Positions 10,176 to 21,045 of a stretch of 64,000 nt of DNA are shown piece after piece (position 1 is the stretch's first letter; every line of letters begins with the position of its first letter). The DNA comes from Prasinococcaceae sp. CCMP 1430 (lineage: Eukaryota > Plantae > Prasinodermophyta), in contig RQSC01000032.1 in NCBI GenBank assembly GCA_013416795.1, positions 786,578 to 850,577 of the forward strand, in the 5' to 3' direction. The notes under the pieces were generated by a model. The model had not been told where the DNA came from. It saw nothing but the letters and a program-made list of their open reading frames with translations, and searched no databases. Made by a program: the position numbers and the translations under genes.

Positions 10176-10999
10176 ATGCCCGGCATGAAGAGCAAGCCCG
10201 GCGATCCGGAGCGGCGGCGTGGCAAGGTGGGCGTGCGGCGAGGCTTCTCGCAGATGGACTGGATGCGGCTCGCCAACCGGCCGGGCGCCGACCTCACGGG
10301 GCTCGGGCCGGCGCACAGGCCGAGGCTCGTCACCATGGAAGAGGTAGGCGCGCAAGCCGCCGGTGGCGAGTGGGGGCGCGTCGAAGGCGTGCCGGGGGCG
10401 CGCAGTGACGCGTGTGTTGCACTTATGCGCTGCCCTTGCTGACTGCGCTCTGCCCGCGCCAGGTGCGTGCACACAAAGCGGAGGGTTGGACGGTGCTGCG
10501 GGGACGAGTGTATGCTGTAGCGCACTACGTGCCGTTCCATCCCGGCGGCAGCCGCACCATCATCCAAGGCGCAGGCAAAGACATGACCAAGCTCTTCGAC
10601 AAGGTGCGTCTGCGCTCTCGCAACTCCACACGCCCATGCAACACGAGCGAGCGAGCGTCCGCGCGCGTCCGCATGCGCCCAAGAGCTGACGTTTCCGCGC
10701 GCTTGCTCATGCGCGCACTCGTCCGTGCGCTGCAGTTCCACCCATGGGTGAACGCCGATTTCATGCTGGAAAAGTGCCTGGTTGGCGCCCTCGCGGAGGG
10801 TGATCTGCCAGAGCCTGAGAGTGACGATGAGGAAATGCTGGCTGCGGATGGTGGCACTGACGACACCGGCGACGGCAGTGGCGACAGTGGCGGCGGCGGC
10901 GGCAGCGCAGGGGGTGACGAAGGCGCCAGAGGGCGCGGGGTCAGCAGTGGCGGCGCACAGCGACCAGGGAGCCCCATTATGGGCGTCGTGACGCCCTGA
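10176..10999 (+). CDS. Cytochrome b5-like heme-binding protein (RLF / CYB5R4 N-terminal type), 3 exons
   Basis: GFSQMDWMRL...VTMEE|V..H...WTVLRGRVY..HYVPFHPGG...GAGKDMTKLFDK|FHPWVNADFMLEKCLVG; both heme histidines present. Confidence 0.88.
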
Positions 11000-11081
11000 T
11001 CACGCGCCTTGGGGGTTGCGAGCGCGGCCGCTCTCTGCGCTATGTACCATAGGAATTTTCTTACGCCTCGCGTGACATGCC

Positions 11082-14043
11082 TTGGGCAGCCCAAAGTGCG
11101 CCACAGTTCGCGCGCGCACCACGTGCGCTCGCGCACATGCGCCGCCCGCACAGGCGCCCAGACGTGCGCGCATGTTGCGATCACCGGCCGCGCTCGCTTT
11201 CGCGCAGGGTACCCTAGTCGCGCTCGCCGCAGTGGCGCTCGCGCCGCCCGGCGCAGAGCATGCGTGGGAGGCAGCACGCGTAGCACCGCTGCAGGCGCGT
11301 TCGGCGGCGGCCGCCGCAGCGCTGCTTGCGCACGGTGCCTCGCGAGCATACCCATCGCTGGCGCGCGCCGCGCGTGCACGTAGCACGCGCGGAGGTGCGT
11401 ATTTGGTGTTGTGGATCGCGCAGGCAGTCGATGCAGTGAGGCTCGTCGCGCTAGTCGCGTCGGCGATCCTTATTGAGGACGGTACGAACGCGTGTCGTGT
11501 GTGCGTGCAAAGCTGTGTCGAGCACACGCTGGCGCTGACTGGCGACCTGCTGCGCTATGCACTACGCACACCCAGGAGGTGCCTCGGATGCGTACACATG
11601 GCTGGCTGCGCTCGCATTCATCTGCCGTCCTGCAGCAGCAGCGTGTGCCCATGGCCGTGGCGGCGGCGCAGCTGCCGCGGTCGCACAGCTCGTCCGGGCG
11701 TGCGCTGCTGCCGGCGCGCTGGCCGCCGTGCTGTTGCTGGGCGGCGACGATGTGCGCAAACGCGGAGTAGTAGGCCTCGCGGATGGCGCCGCCGACAGCG
11801 CGCTTGCGCTCGACCTACTGGGCTGGCATTGTCAACTTGCTGCGCCGCTCGCGCCGCTCGTGCCCGTGCTCGTGCGCAAGCACAGCAATACACGCAACGG
11901 ACGCGCGGGCAGCGCGGGCGTGCACACACGACGTGCGCCATCGGATGCACTTGAACGGCGCACACAGAGCGATGCTCAGCTGTACTCGCACAGCACCGAT
12001 GTGCAAGTACGCGACGCGGGCGAGACAGGAAGTGCACAGGCACGTGGGGACGACGCACGGGCTGCGACATGGTGGCAGCGGTGCGCACGTACATGCACCG
12101 AGGTGAGCGCATCCGCTGCTGAGGTTGGCATCGGCACCGCCGCAGTGTGGGCCGCGCGCGAATGGGTGCGTCCCGCAAGTGCGGGTACGCATGCGTCTAT
12201 GGCAGCGTGTGCCGTGTGCGCGTCCGCGTTGGCGAGCGTGTCGCCCATGCCGCTCTTCATCGTCGCTTTCGCGCTGCGCACGGGAAGTCTATGCGGGGCG
12301 CTCGGGCCGCATGTCGACGCCGTGGCCGAGGTGGGGTTGACACTGTGTGCGGCGGGCGCGCTGGGAGCTCTACGCGCGCCACGACTCGAACGCATTCGTG
12401 CAGTGCATGGACTGGCGGCTGGTGTCGTGCTGAGCGCGTGTGTGCAGTGCCTGCCGGCAAACTTGGAGGCACAGGGAAAGAGTGATGTGGACGACACCGA
12501 TGCTTACCTGCGCACGCTTTCGCCGCGTCTCCTCGTGGCTGTGGTGGGCCTCGTGTCTGCTTCTCTCCGTCTCTGGCTTGGGAAGGAACGCGCAAGCAAG
12601 CACTCACATCGCAGCGCTGGGCTCGCGCGGGCAGGAAAGGTGGCGTCACCGGTGGCGTCATCGCCGTCGCTATCACCGTGTTTACCCCACGGCCACGGCG
12701 ATCCTCGTGCTTTTGTGTCGCCGCTCCCTTCGCCCATGGCATCGCCGATGGCATCCCCGCCGTCGTCGCCACGTTCTTCAAGGCGCGGTGGCAGGCGTGG
12801 AGGTGCTCTTCGTGCAGGCATCACCGTCGGAAACACTGAAAGTGCTCCGTACGCCGGCAGCAGCGACAGGCAGGGTGGCCAGCGAATGCGCTTGGGTGCG
12901 GAAGAGGACCCTGCGGCGGCCTCTCCTCGCCTGCCACCTTCGCAGATCATTGCGCCACCGCCGCCACGCGGTAGTCCCCTGCTCGCAGGGGCATCCGCCG
13001 CCGCGTTGGTGGTGGCCATCGCGACTGCACTTGACGCGCACGCCGTGCTGGCGAACGCTGATCCCGGCACTGGCATCGAGTGGGAGACGGCAGCGGGTGC
13101 TGTGACAACGGCACTGCCTACGAGGGTAGGGCCTGCGCTCGCGCTCGCGGGCGCGGCGGCGATGGCTACTGGGGCGCTTGCGACGAAAGATCTTGTCTCA
13201 GGTGCAAGGTCTGGAAGAGCACACGCCATCGCGGCGATGGCGGCCGCGGCGCTCTGTCCATTGTCGCCGCTCTTTGCCGCTGCGAGTGCGGGCGTGGAAC
13301 GTGACATGCACGACGGCATTGAGGGCCGAGCTGCTGCAGTGTGTGCGTGTTTGTGCGCGCTTGTGCTGTGCGTGTACGCCACCGCGTACCTGCGACGTGC
13401 AGCGCAGCTCATCGGCGGTGCGAGCGGCGGCGGCGCTAGCGGCCTCACCGCAGCCGGTGCCGCCGCTGCTGTCGCGGTCTCTGCCACTGCCGCCCTATAT
13501 GCGCTCGGCGGCGTCTGGAGCGCTTTCGGTGGCCAATGGGCCGGACCGCTAGCCTTCGGCCTCCTGTCGGTGACGGCAGTGTGCGGCGGCCGGGTCGGAG
13601 GCGGCGGCGGGGGCGGCGGCAGCGGGGTGGGCACTAGCATGAGTGCCAGGCGCAACCTTAAGCGTGCGGCCAATACGAGCAGGGCAGTGCTTTTCGCAGC
13701 TTTTGCTTGTGCGTTTGCGACGGTTGCACGCACGCGTGTGAGTGAACTGGGCGAGCTGCGAAAGCTGCGGCCGCTGCTGACCGGCGTGGAATCCGCACAG
13801 AGCTGGGGTGGACTGAGGCAATCAGAGCATGTGACCGAGCCCGCCAAGTCGAGGCGCGCGTATGACGCATCTCATGCTGAATCCGCGGCTGCCCTCACGA
13901 CTGAGGGTGAGTGTGATGGCCATGCAGCAGAGGCAGCGGAACGTGATGTCACACCAGTGCCAATGGTGGAGCACGAGGTGAGCGTGGCCAGCATGGGGCA
14001 TGAGGAGGGGGCGCGTCGCAGCGAGTACATTGCACGAGCGTAA
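11082..14043 (+). CDS. Hypothetical Ala-rich multi-pass membrane protein (spliced; start uncertain)
   Basis: Long open frame 11557-14043 with many hydrophobic segments and an S/P-rich loop; hydrophobic upstream exon at about 11170-11480 ending at a GTACG donor. No family recognised. Confidence 0.4.
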
Positions 14044-14078
14044 GACTCCCGTACATATTACAGCGGCGCCGTCGAGCG

Positions 14079-15168
14079 CTACAAGCTCGCAGCCGTGACG
14101 TCCGCCTTCGCCTTGATGTGGCTTGAGAGGTACTTGTTCATTGAGAACATGGTGACTGACTTGTTGGGAAACACCTTGCTGAGCAGCTCGTCGACCATGA
14201 TCTTGCGCTTGTCCTTGGGGTTCTGGAGCTCGTGCGCCCTCACGTACTCCCACACCCCCTTCACAACCTGCGTGCGCGACATCTCGTTGGAGCCAACCAC
14301 GGCAGCAAGCTCGGGGCTCAAAACGCAGATCTGCGGGATCGGGATGGGCGCAAAGGACGGGCGCACGAGCGCGGGTCAGATGGGGCTTGAGCACGCGAGC
14401 GCACTCGCGGGCGCCGCCCCCGAGGCCGCCAGCGCATTCATGCTCCCCGATCCTCTTGCCCGAGAGGCTACCGCCTGCGATGGCATCAATTCGCACGCAC
14501 CTGCTTGCTGAAGCCGCCCGTGCCGCCGCCGCCCTTCTTCTTCTCGATCTTCTTCTTGGGTGCGGGCCCCTTGCCCTTCTTGCGGAGAGCCTCGCGCGCC
14601 CAGCTGCGCGTGCCGCCAAGCGCTCCACCGTTGTCCTCCCCCTCATGCTCGTCCTGGCCGTCCTCTTCAGCCACCTCCGCGCCCTTCCCATTGTTGTACG
14701 CCTCTATCTCTGCCTTGTTGTTCGCCTCCTCGATGAAGCGAGCGATCTCATCCTTAATGAGAGCCTTGCGATCCCTGTGCTCGCGGAGCGTTGGAGCACG
14801 CGTTTGTGCAGCACGCAAACGGCTGTCAGCGGCAGCTCCGCGGAATGAGTCGCGCGCGCACCCCAGGAGGCGCAGATTCACTCCAGGCGTCCCGATGAAT
14901 GCAGGGCGTCGCGGCGAACGCAACGCTGCGCGCTGTAGTCACGCGGCGGGTGACCTTCGCTCCGCTCGGCGCACTCGCTCACTCACCTCAGCTCGCAACC
15001 GAAGCGCGTCTCGAGCTGCTTGCGAAGACTCGACGCGCTCGTGGTGTTGAGGTCCGCGACCGCTAGCGCCTTGCGCAGCGCTCTGCGCAGTGTATTGTCG
15101 CTCGGGGGCAGGCTTGCCCCCGCTGGGTCAACAGGGTCCGGACTGGCGAGAGCCCACTCCACCACCAT
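14079..15168 (-). CDS. DEK-C + SWIB/MDM2 domain protein (UAF30/spp27/TRI1-like), 3 exons
   Basis: DEK-C: LRRALRKALAVADLNTTSASSLRKQLETRFGCELR|DRKALIKDEI. SWIB: LSPELAAVVGSNEMSRTQVVKGVWEYVRAHELQNPKDKRKIMVDELLSKVF...MFSMNKYLSSH. Confidence 0.9.
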
Positions 15169-16672
15169 CGCTGCCGCGGACAGGTCGGGGTACCCTTTCG
15201 CGGGCCGTGGCTAAGCTGGCCGCGGGGACTCCTGCCGTGCCACCTTCTTCGGAGCGCGCTCAAGCGGGAGCGTGCGAGCGCCCGCGCGCGCGAGCGCCGG
15301 CGCAGGCGGGCCCTCTCCCCCACTCGCGCCTCGCGCCTCGCGCCTTTCCCGTCTCCCCCTCGCCGCGGCTCTGGGAGGGGGCCACGCCTCCCGCGCCGGC
15401 CTCTAGGCCGACGCCGCTGCCGCGCTCGACGCCACGCGCGCACGCGCGCGCTCCGGAGACCCCGCGCGGCCTCGGCGGCGGCGCCACCGAAGCGCGCCAT
15501 CGCTCCGCATGCGACCCGCACCAGAACCGAAAACCTACTTTCTAACCCTTAATGCGCAATGCGCAGGACCATTTTGATCCAAAACTTCGTGCATGCACCG
15601 TACAGTGCTGCAACCCTAAAGCGACCTCTAATACCATCCGGATGGTACCACGACTACGGCGCCGCGCGTTCCCGCGGCGGCCGCGTCGGCGTACGTACCT
15701 GGATCTTTTTCTGGGTGCGTGCGCGTCTCCGCGCGGGCGGACGGCTTCGATGGGCTGCGAGCGCACTCAGTCATCAGTCATCATTCAGTCAGTCAGTCGG
15801 CCTCGGGAGCGGCGGCAGCGGCGCGCGACGGCGATGGGTGGATGGAGGATGTGCGGCCGGGCCACCCACCCGACAACGACAATCACATTCATCACTCGAT
15901 CTATCGAAGCAAGCACCGACGACAGCTCGTCAACAACACCAACGAGCACGATGCGGCGCGAACCACGGCGGGGATGCGCTCGGCTGGATTCGCGCTCTGG
16001 CTCGGGGCGGGCGGAGGGGCGCGCGGCGCCGCGCGCGCGGGCCTGGCGGACGATCAGGAAAGCCGGCGCTGCGCTCCCGCCCTCCTCTCCGTCGCTGCGC
16101 CCCACCCGACTGGCCGAATCTTCGCGCGAAATCGCGAGCGAAAAAAGGAAAGAAAAATCGCCCCCGGCGGAGGTGCGCGGCGCATGCATTCATCGTTCGT
16201 TCTCCCGCCGCACGCGCGCGCGGCGACGCGGCGCCCAGCCCACACGCCGCGCGCCCGGCGGGAGGCGGGCGCCTCGCGCGCGCGCGCCGGCGCGCGGTGC
16301 CATCCGCGCCCCCCTTCCGGCCGGAATCGGAATCCGCCGCTGGCATCGGTCGGTCGGTCGGTCGGTCTGTTTCTTCGATGTGATGGCTGTTGGGGGACGG
16401 AGGGGGAACGAGCGATTCGGCGGGCCAGCTGGCGTTCGATCCGAGGGAGAGCTTTGGTGAGGTCAAATTCAATGTCAGGGGGGGGGGGGGGGGAAGGAGC
16501 CCGCGGCCGGAGCGCGCGTGCGGGCTCGGGGCATCCCGCCTGCTCGCGCGCGTGCTGATCCGTCGCGGCGGGCGCCCGGTCTGCCGCTGGCCTGTGTGTT
16601 TGCGTGGCGCGCACCGCGCACGGGCGGGGCGGAGGGGGGCAGGGTAGAGACGAGCGGAGGGGAGCACGCCCC

Positions 16673-18157
16673 ATGGATTTCAGCGGGCTGGGGCCCGCCG
16701 GCGGGATCCCCGTCGGTGGCCCTGCGGGCGGTGTGCCCGTGGGCGGCCCCGCGGGCGGCGTGCCTGTCGGCGGCAGCGGCCCCGCGGGTGGCGTTCCAGT
16801 CGGCGGAGGGGAGTTGCTCGGGCCGCTGGACCCGTTTGCCACGCTCCCGTTGCACCCGAGCGGGACCGAGGCCGGGCAGGTGATCGTCACGCCTGGGATG
16901 GGCATGGTGCCCGTCGGTGCGACCGGCTCGCATGCCGCGCCGGTGCCAGCGGCGCGCGGCGGCATGGTGCCCACGCCCAATTTGGCGGGCACTCCAACCA
17001 TGGTGCCCACCCCGAGATCGGGGGGGAGCGCCTCGAAAGCGTCCGGCGGTGAGAGGAAGCGCAAGGCACCCGCAAAGAAGCGCGCCTCGCCCGCAGAGAA
17101 GTCAGATCGCCCGGCGAGGCCGCCGCCTAAGAAGCCGCGCAAGACTGCCGCGGAGAAGAAGAGCGCGGCCGCCGCCAAGGCGGCTGCAGCAGCCGCGGCC
17201 AATGGCGGCAGCGGCGGCGCAGCGGCGACGCCCGCTTCCAACGGCGCACAGGCGGGCGCGCAGGCCACTGCCGCAGCCGGCGGCGGCAAGACACCCGCGC
17301 CATCGCGCGCAAAGTCCAAGAGCGGTGCTTCCAAGCCACGCAACTCCAAGGAGAAAACGCCAAAGGACAAGGCCCCCGCCAAGTCCAAGAGCGGCGCCAA
17401 GACGCCAAAGGGAAAGGCGACGGCGAAAGCAAACGCTGCCGCGGCCGCTGCAGCGGCAACCACGGCCGCCAACGCTGCCGCAGTGGCTGCAGCCGCTTCG
17501 AAAGGATCCGCCGCCAGGGCGGCTGCGCCTGCCGGGGCCGCGTCTGCTGGCCATGTTCCGCCCGCAGCTGGTCGCAAGGAGAGCGCGGCCGCCGCTGCAA
17601 AAAAGCTCAAGACGGCCGCGCCGAAGGTGCAGCCTCCGAAACAGCTGAGCCATGCCGAGCTCGCCGCCAACCACCGCGCAGCCCTGGAGATGCTTCCTGC
17701 GCGCGGCGCGGTCGAGCCACCGCTGGGCGTCGAGTGGGGCGCATCGACGGCAGGGCCGCGGCGAGCGCTCTTGCCGCAACACTCGAATGCGCGCGGTGGG
17801 CTGGGACTCTTTGGAGCGCTGCTCGACGACAACGCACTGCGCCTCTACATGCAGCTACTGGGCGCCGCCAGCGGCGTGACGCGCGTCACGTCAGACTCGG
17901 CAGCGCTCATGGGGAAGGCTGTGAGGGCATACATATCCAGGCTCGTTGCGAGCGGCATCGCGGCAGCGAGCGCGATGCCAGCGGATGGGGCCGGCAGCAG
18001 CGGCAGGAGTGCGGGAGGTGGAGGGAGGACAGCGGCGCAGCAGGCAGACGGACAGGAGCGCACGCTGCGCATCAGGGACCTGATCCATGCGGTGAGGCTC
18101 GACAGAACGCTCGACAGCGAGACGATAATGGAGCGCCTCTACAGCCAACTGCAATGA
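16673..18157 (+). CDS. Low-complexity K/A-rich nuclear protein with a C-terminal histone-fold domain (TAF4- or ADA1-like)
   Basis: LLDDNALRLYMQLLGAASGVTRVTSDSAALMGKAVRAYISRLV...LRIRDLIHAVRLD...TIMERLY has histone-fold spacing; N-terminal PAGGVPVGG repeats and basic NLS-like tracts. Confidence 0.55.
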   Translation: MDFSGLGPAGGIPVGGPAGGVPVGGPAGGVPVGGSGPAGGVPVGGGELLGPLDPFATLPLHPSGTEAGQVIVTPGMGMVPVGATGSHAAPVPAARGGMVPTPNLAGTPTMVPTPRSGGSASKASGGERKRKAPAKKRASPAEKSDRPARPPPKKPRKTAAEKKSAAAAKAAAAAAANGGSGGAAATPASNGAQAGAQATAAAGGGKTPAPSRAKSKSGASKPRNSKEKTPKDKAPAKSKSGAKTPKGKATAKANAAAAAAAATTAANAAAVAAAASKGSAARAAAPAGAASAGHVPPAAGRKESAAAAAKKLKTAAPKVQPPKQLSHAELAANHRAALEMLPARGAVEPPLGVEWGASTAGPRRALLPQHSNARGGLGLFGALLDDNALRLYMQLLGAASGVTRVTSDSAALMGKAVRAYISRLVASGIAAASAMPADGAGSSGRSAGGGGRTAAQQADGQERTLRIRDLIHAVRLDRTLDSETIMERLYSQLQ

Positions 18158-18270
18158 CGGCCTGCGCGCGACTGTGTAATGATGGGCGTATGTGTCACGG
18201 ATCCAGCGTTCGCGCTGCCTGTTGTGGATGCGCAAGTCAAACATTCATATTCTACAACAGTGGGTGCCGC

Positions 18271-19713
18271 TCAGACAGAGGGCACGCGCATCTTTCCCTT
18301 GCGCAGCCGTGCTACGTCCCTGGGGTACACCCAATATAAGAGCCCGTAGAAGCTGAAACACAGGATCCACGGCACCATGCACGCGAGCACGACTGCGTCG
18401 CCCAGCGCCCGAGCGTTGTCGGCCGAGCCTGCGGGTGCGCCCCTGCGCCAGCCGCGCGCCTCGGCCAGCGCGCCCACCCCGACCGAGCTGAAGCTACTAA
18501 TCAGCCCTTCAAAGCAGCGGTCGAAGGCGAAAATGGAACAATATCTCTCCGGAGGGACGACGGCGCTCATCATCGAGTTGTTGGTATTGCCGCACCAAGA
18601 GCAGCAAAGCGCTGTGAGCAGCGCGACGCACGCATACGCGGTCACCAGGGGCAATCGGTCGGACGAGGGATGCTCCAGCGGCATACCCAGGCCGCGGAAA
18701 ATGAGGTACGCACCAGGCATACCGAGGAGGACGCTCGTCTGCGCCGTCGCCGTGCGCCCGCCACTTGGCCAGCGAATGTGCCAGAAGTCGCCGACGTACC
18801 CACCGATCATGCCCCCAAACGCGTTGCCAGCCAGCCACGCGCCCATAATGAAGCCCGCCTCGCCATCAGAGAACCCCGCCGTTTGCAGGTACATCGTCAT
18901 GAAGAGCAGCGCCTTCCACGGGATGCTGCCAACCGCGCCCTGCGCGCACACGACCTGCAGCGTTTGTACTCGCACGACAGCGCTGACGTCATGCACCGTG
19001 TTCCTGGAGAGCTTCACCAGCCAGCGCAGGGTGCCTGCCCACGTTGCATCCTTGTCAGGGAAGACTGTCCCACTCCCGGCCATCCCAGTCGCATTCGCAC
19101 CGAGCCTCGTGTATCGCACATCGACCGTCTTCGCCAGCGCAATGCCCGCGACGACGCTCGCGCCTCCAACGAGCACGAACGCGACTCGCCAGCCCTCGGC
19201 ACGCGCGCTGAGCGGCCACATCGGCACGCTCGCGGTGCTCAGCGGCGCCATTACTGCGGCCGCAACGGCGGTGCCACCGTACGAGATGATGTGGAGCCAG
19301 CCGAAGCCGCGGCCGCGGCGCTCATCTGCGAACGAGTCTGCAAGGACCGACTGCGTGGCAGGTATCGCGGCGGCCAGGGCGGCGCCCGTTACGGCACGCA
19401 GCACCAGGACGGCGCCAAGGGTGGGCGAGAGCGCCACGAGAAGGCTGAGCACGCCCCACACGACGCAGGCGCCGCCGACGACTGCGCATCGGTCGCTGCG
19501 GTCTGCCACCGCGCCCGCGGGCAGGCTGGCGAGCGCCTGCAGCGCAGCGCGCGCCGAGGTCAGCAGGCCCAGTTGCGCGGGCGTCGCCCCGAACGACCTG
19601 CCGACCGCGGCGTAGCACGCCGGGAGGAGCGCCTCGTCCGCCCTCTCCAGGAAGGCCACCGCGTAGAAGAGAGCGAGACGCTGCGCCCCGCCGCCGCCGA
19701 GCGCGCCCGACAT
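18271..19713 (-). CDS. Major facilitator superfamily transporter (spinster-like)
   Basis: FLERADEALLP, motif A AGAVADRSDR, SVLADSFADERRGRGFG, GGYVGD; about 12 hydrophobic segments. Confidence 0.88.
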   Translation of the reverse strand: MSGALGGGGAQRLALFYAVAFLERADEALLPACYAAVGRSFGATPAQLGLLTSARAALQALASLPAGAVADRSDRCAVVGGACVVWGVLSLLVALSPTLGAVLVLRAVTGAALAAAIPATQSVLADSFADERRGRGFGWLHIISYGGTAVAAAVMAPLSTASVPMWPLSARAEGWRVAFVLVGGASVVAGIALAKTVDVRYTRLGANATGMAGSGTVFPDKDATWAGTLRWLVKLSRNTVHDVSAVVRVQTLQVVCAQGAVGSIPWKALLFMTMYLQTAGFSDGEAGFIMGAWLAGNAFGGMIGGYVGDFWHIRWPSGGRTATAQTSVLLGMPGAYLIFRGLGMPLEHPSSDRLPLVTAYACVALLTALCCSWCGNTNNSMMSAVVPPERYCSIFAFDRCFEGLISSFSSVGVGALAEARGWRRGAPAGSADNARALGDAVVLACMVPWILCFSFYGLLYWVYPRDVARLRKGKMRVPSV

Positions 19714-20155
19714 CGCGGCGCGCCGCGTGGCTCCGCCCACCCAGCGCCCTCTCTGGCGCGCCATGTGGCGAGCGCCGCCCGGGGGAAGCGGGGGGGGAGA
19801 GCGTCCGCGCCCGCGCCGCGGCCCCACTTCGCGCGAGAAAGGAAAAGGCGCGCGCGTCAGAATTAGGGTCGATACCATTAGAGGGTCTACGCTGCACCTT
19901 TTTTTGTGCCGTCCGGGGCGATCACGCGCTGCTCGAGGCATTCTTGACATCGGCTCAATGCGGCTGACAATATCTTCTGCGCCGCGTGGTGTGGGCGTGG
20001 CCGTGCACGTTCAGTTGAGTGCTCGCTGTTCAGCCCACGTGGCCGCGGCGCGCAGCCAAAGAGATGGCCGCAAGGGAGCTCCCGCTGCGAGCGCTCCGGG
20101 GCTGGCTCGGTCCTGACACGTCAGCGCGGGCGCGAAGGGGCGCGCGGCGCGCCCC

Positions 20156-20600
20156 TTGGGTGGCGGGCGCAGCCGGGGGCGCACGCACCGCCGCGCGAAG
20201 CGCAACGGCGGCGGCCCGCGCCGGGCGGCCGTCACGGCGCGAGCCGTGCCGAAGAGCGCCGAGGCCGTCGCTGCGAGGCTGCACAAGCTCCTGTACGATG
20301 ACATCGCCCGGATGGACGCCGCGGCGGAGCGCGCGCGCATTCGCGCGGCCGCTCGCGCAAGCGGCCCGCCTTCTCCCTACCAACGGGGAAGGCGTCCAAG
20401 CAGCAACCTGCCAATCCAAGGGCAGGTACGCGTGTGTCCCATTGACGATGTTCAGCGATTAGATGACCTCCGTTGCCGCAAGGACGCGTGTGCTGACCAG
20501 CGCGCTGTTACCCTCACCCCCGCGTGCTTGCAGGACAACGGAGTGGACTGGAGGAAGATGGACGGCATGCAGGCGCAGAAGCAGTATGACGTGCGTGCCG
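20156..20600 (+). CDS. Small hypothetical protein, spliced, boundaries uncertain
   Basis: Coding-like AVAARLHKLLYDDIARMD and DNGVDWRKMDGMQAQKQYD segments separated by a GT...CTGAC...CAG intron. Confidence 0.3.
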
Positions 20601-21045
20601 CGCGGCCGCGCGTGAGTCCTGTATGGGTGCGCGCGCTCATCTTCGCTCGCTACTAAGATCTGACGGCCTCTGTCTATCCCGCCTGGCCGCGCAAACGTCG
20701 TGCAAACGCATCCACACTTTCTCAGTGGTAAGCTTCCCCATCGCCGGCACTGTGATCTGCGCAGCAAAGCACACAGCGCGGGTGACGGTGCGGTGAACAA
20801 CGAGCACGCCGCTTGTGAGCCGTCTCAGTCGCCTCCACACGCAGCACCGCGCTCCTCCCGCGATACAGTGCGTGTACACACATGCTCTTAATGATATGCA
20901 TTGGAGAGAGTCGTCCCGAACTAGGCCATGTCACGGGGCGCGCCGCTTCAACATCGCAACAACTTGTTCGGACAGACCCACCAGCGCGTGCTGTACGTCT
21001 TTTCGGGATGGCATAGCGTGTGTGGGGGCTATACATGCACACACA

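Noticed and set aside
12380-13060. ZIP metal transporter resemblance in the Ala-rich membrane ORF (GLAAGVVLSACVQCLP)
   Set aside because: The signature HxxPEG/HN metal-binding helices are absent; one helix match is too weak.
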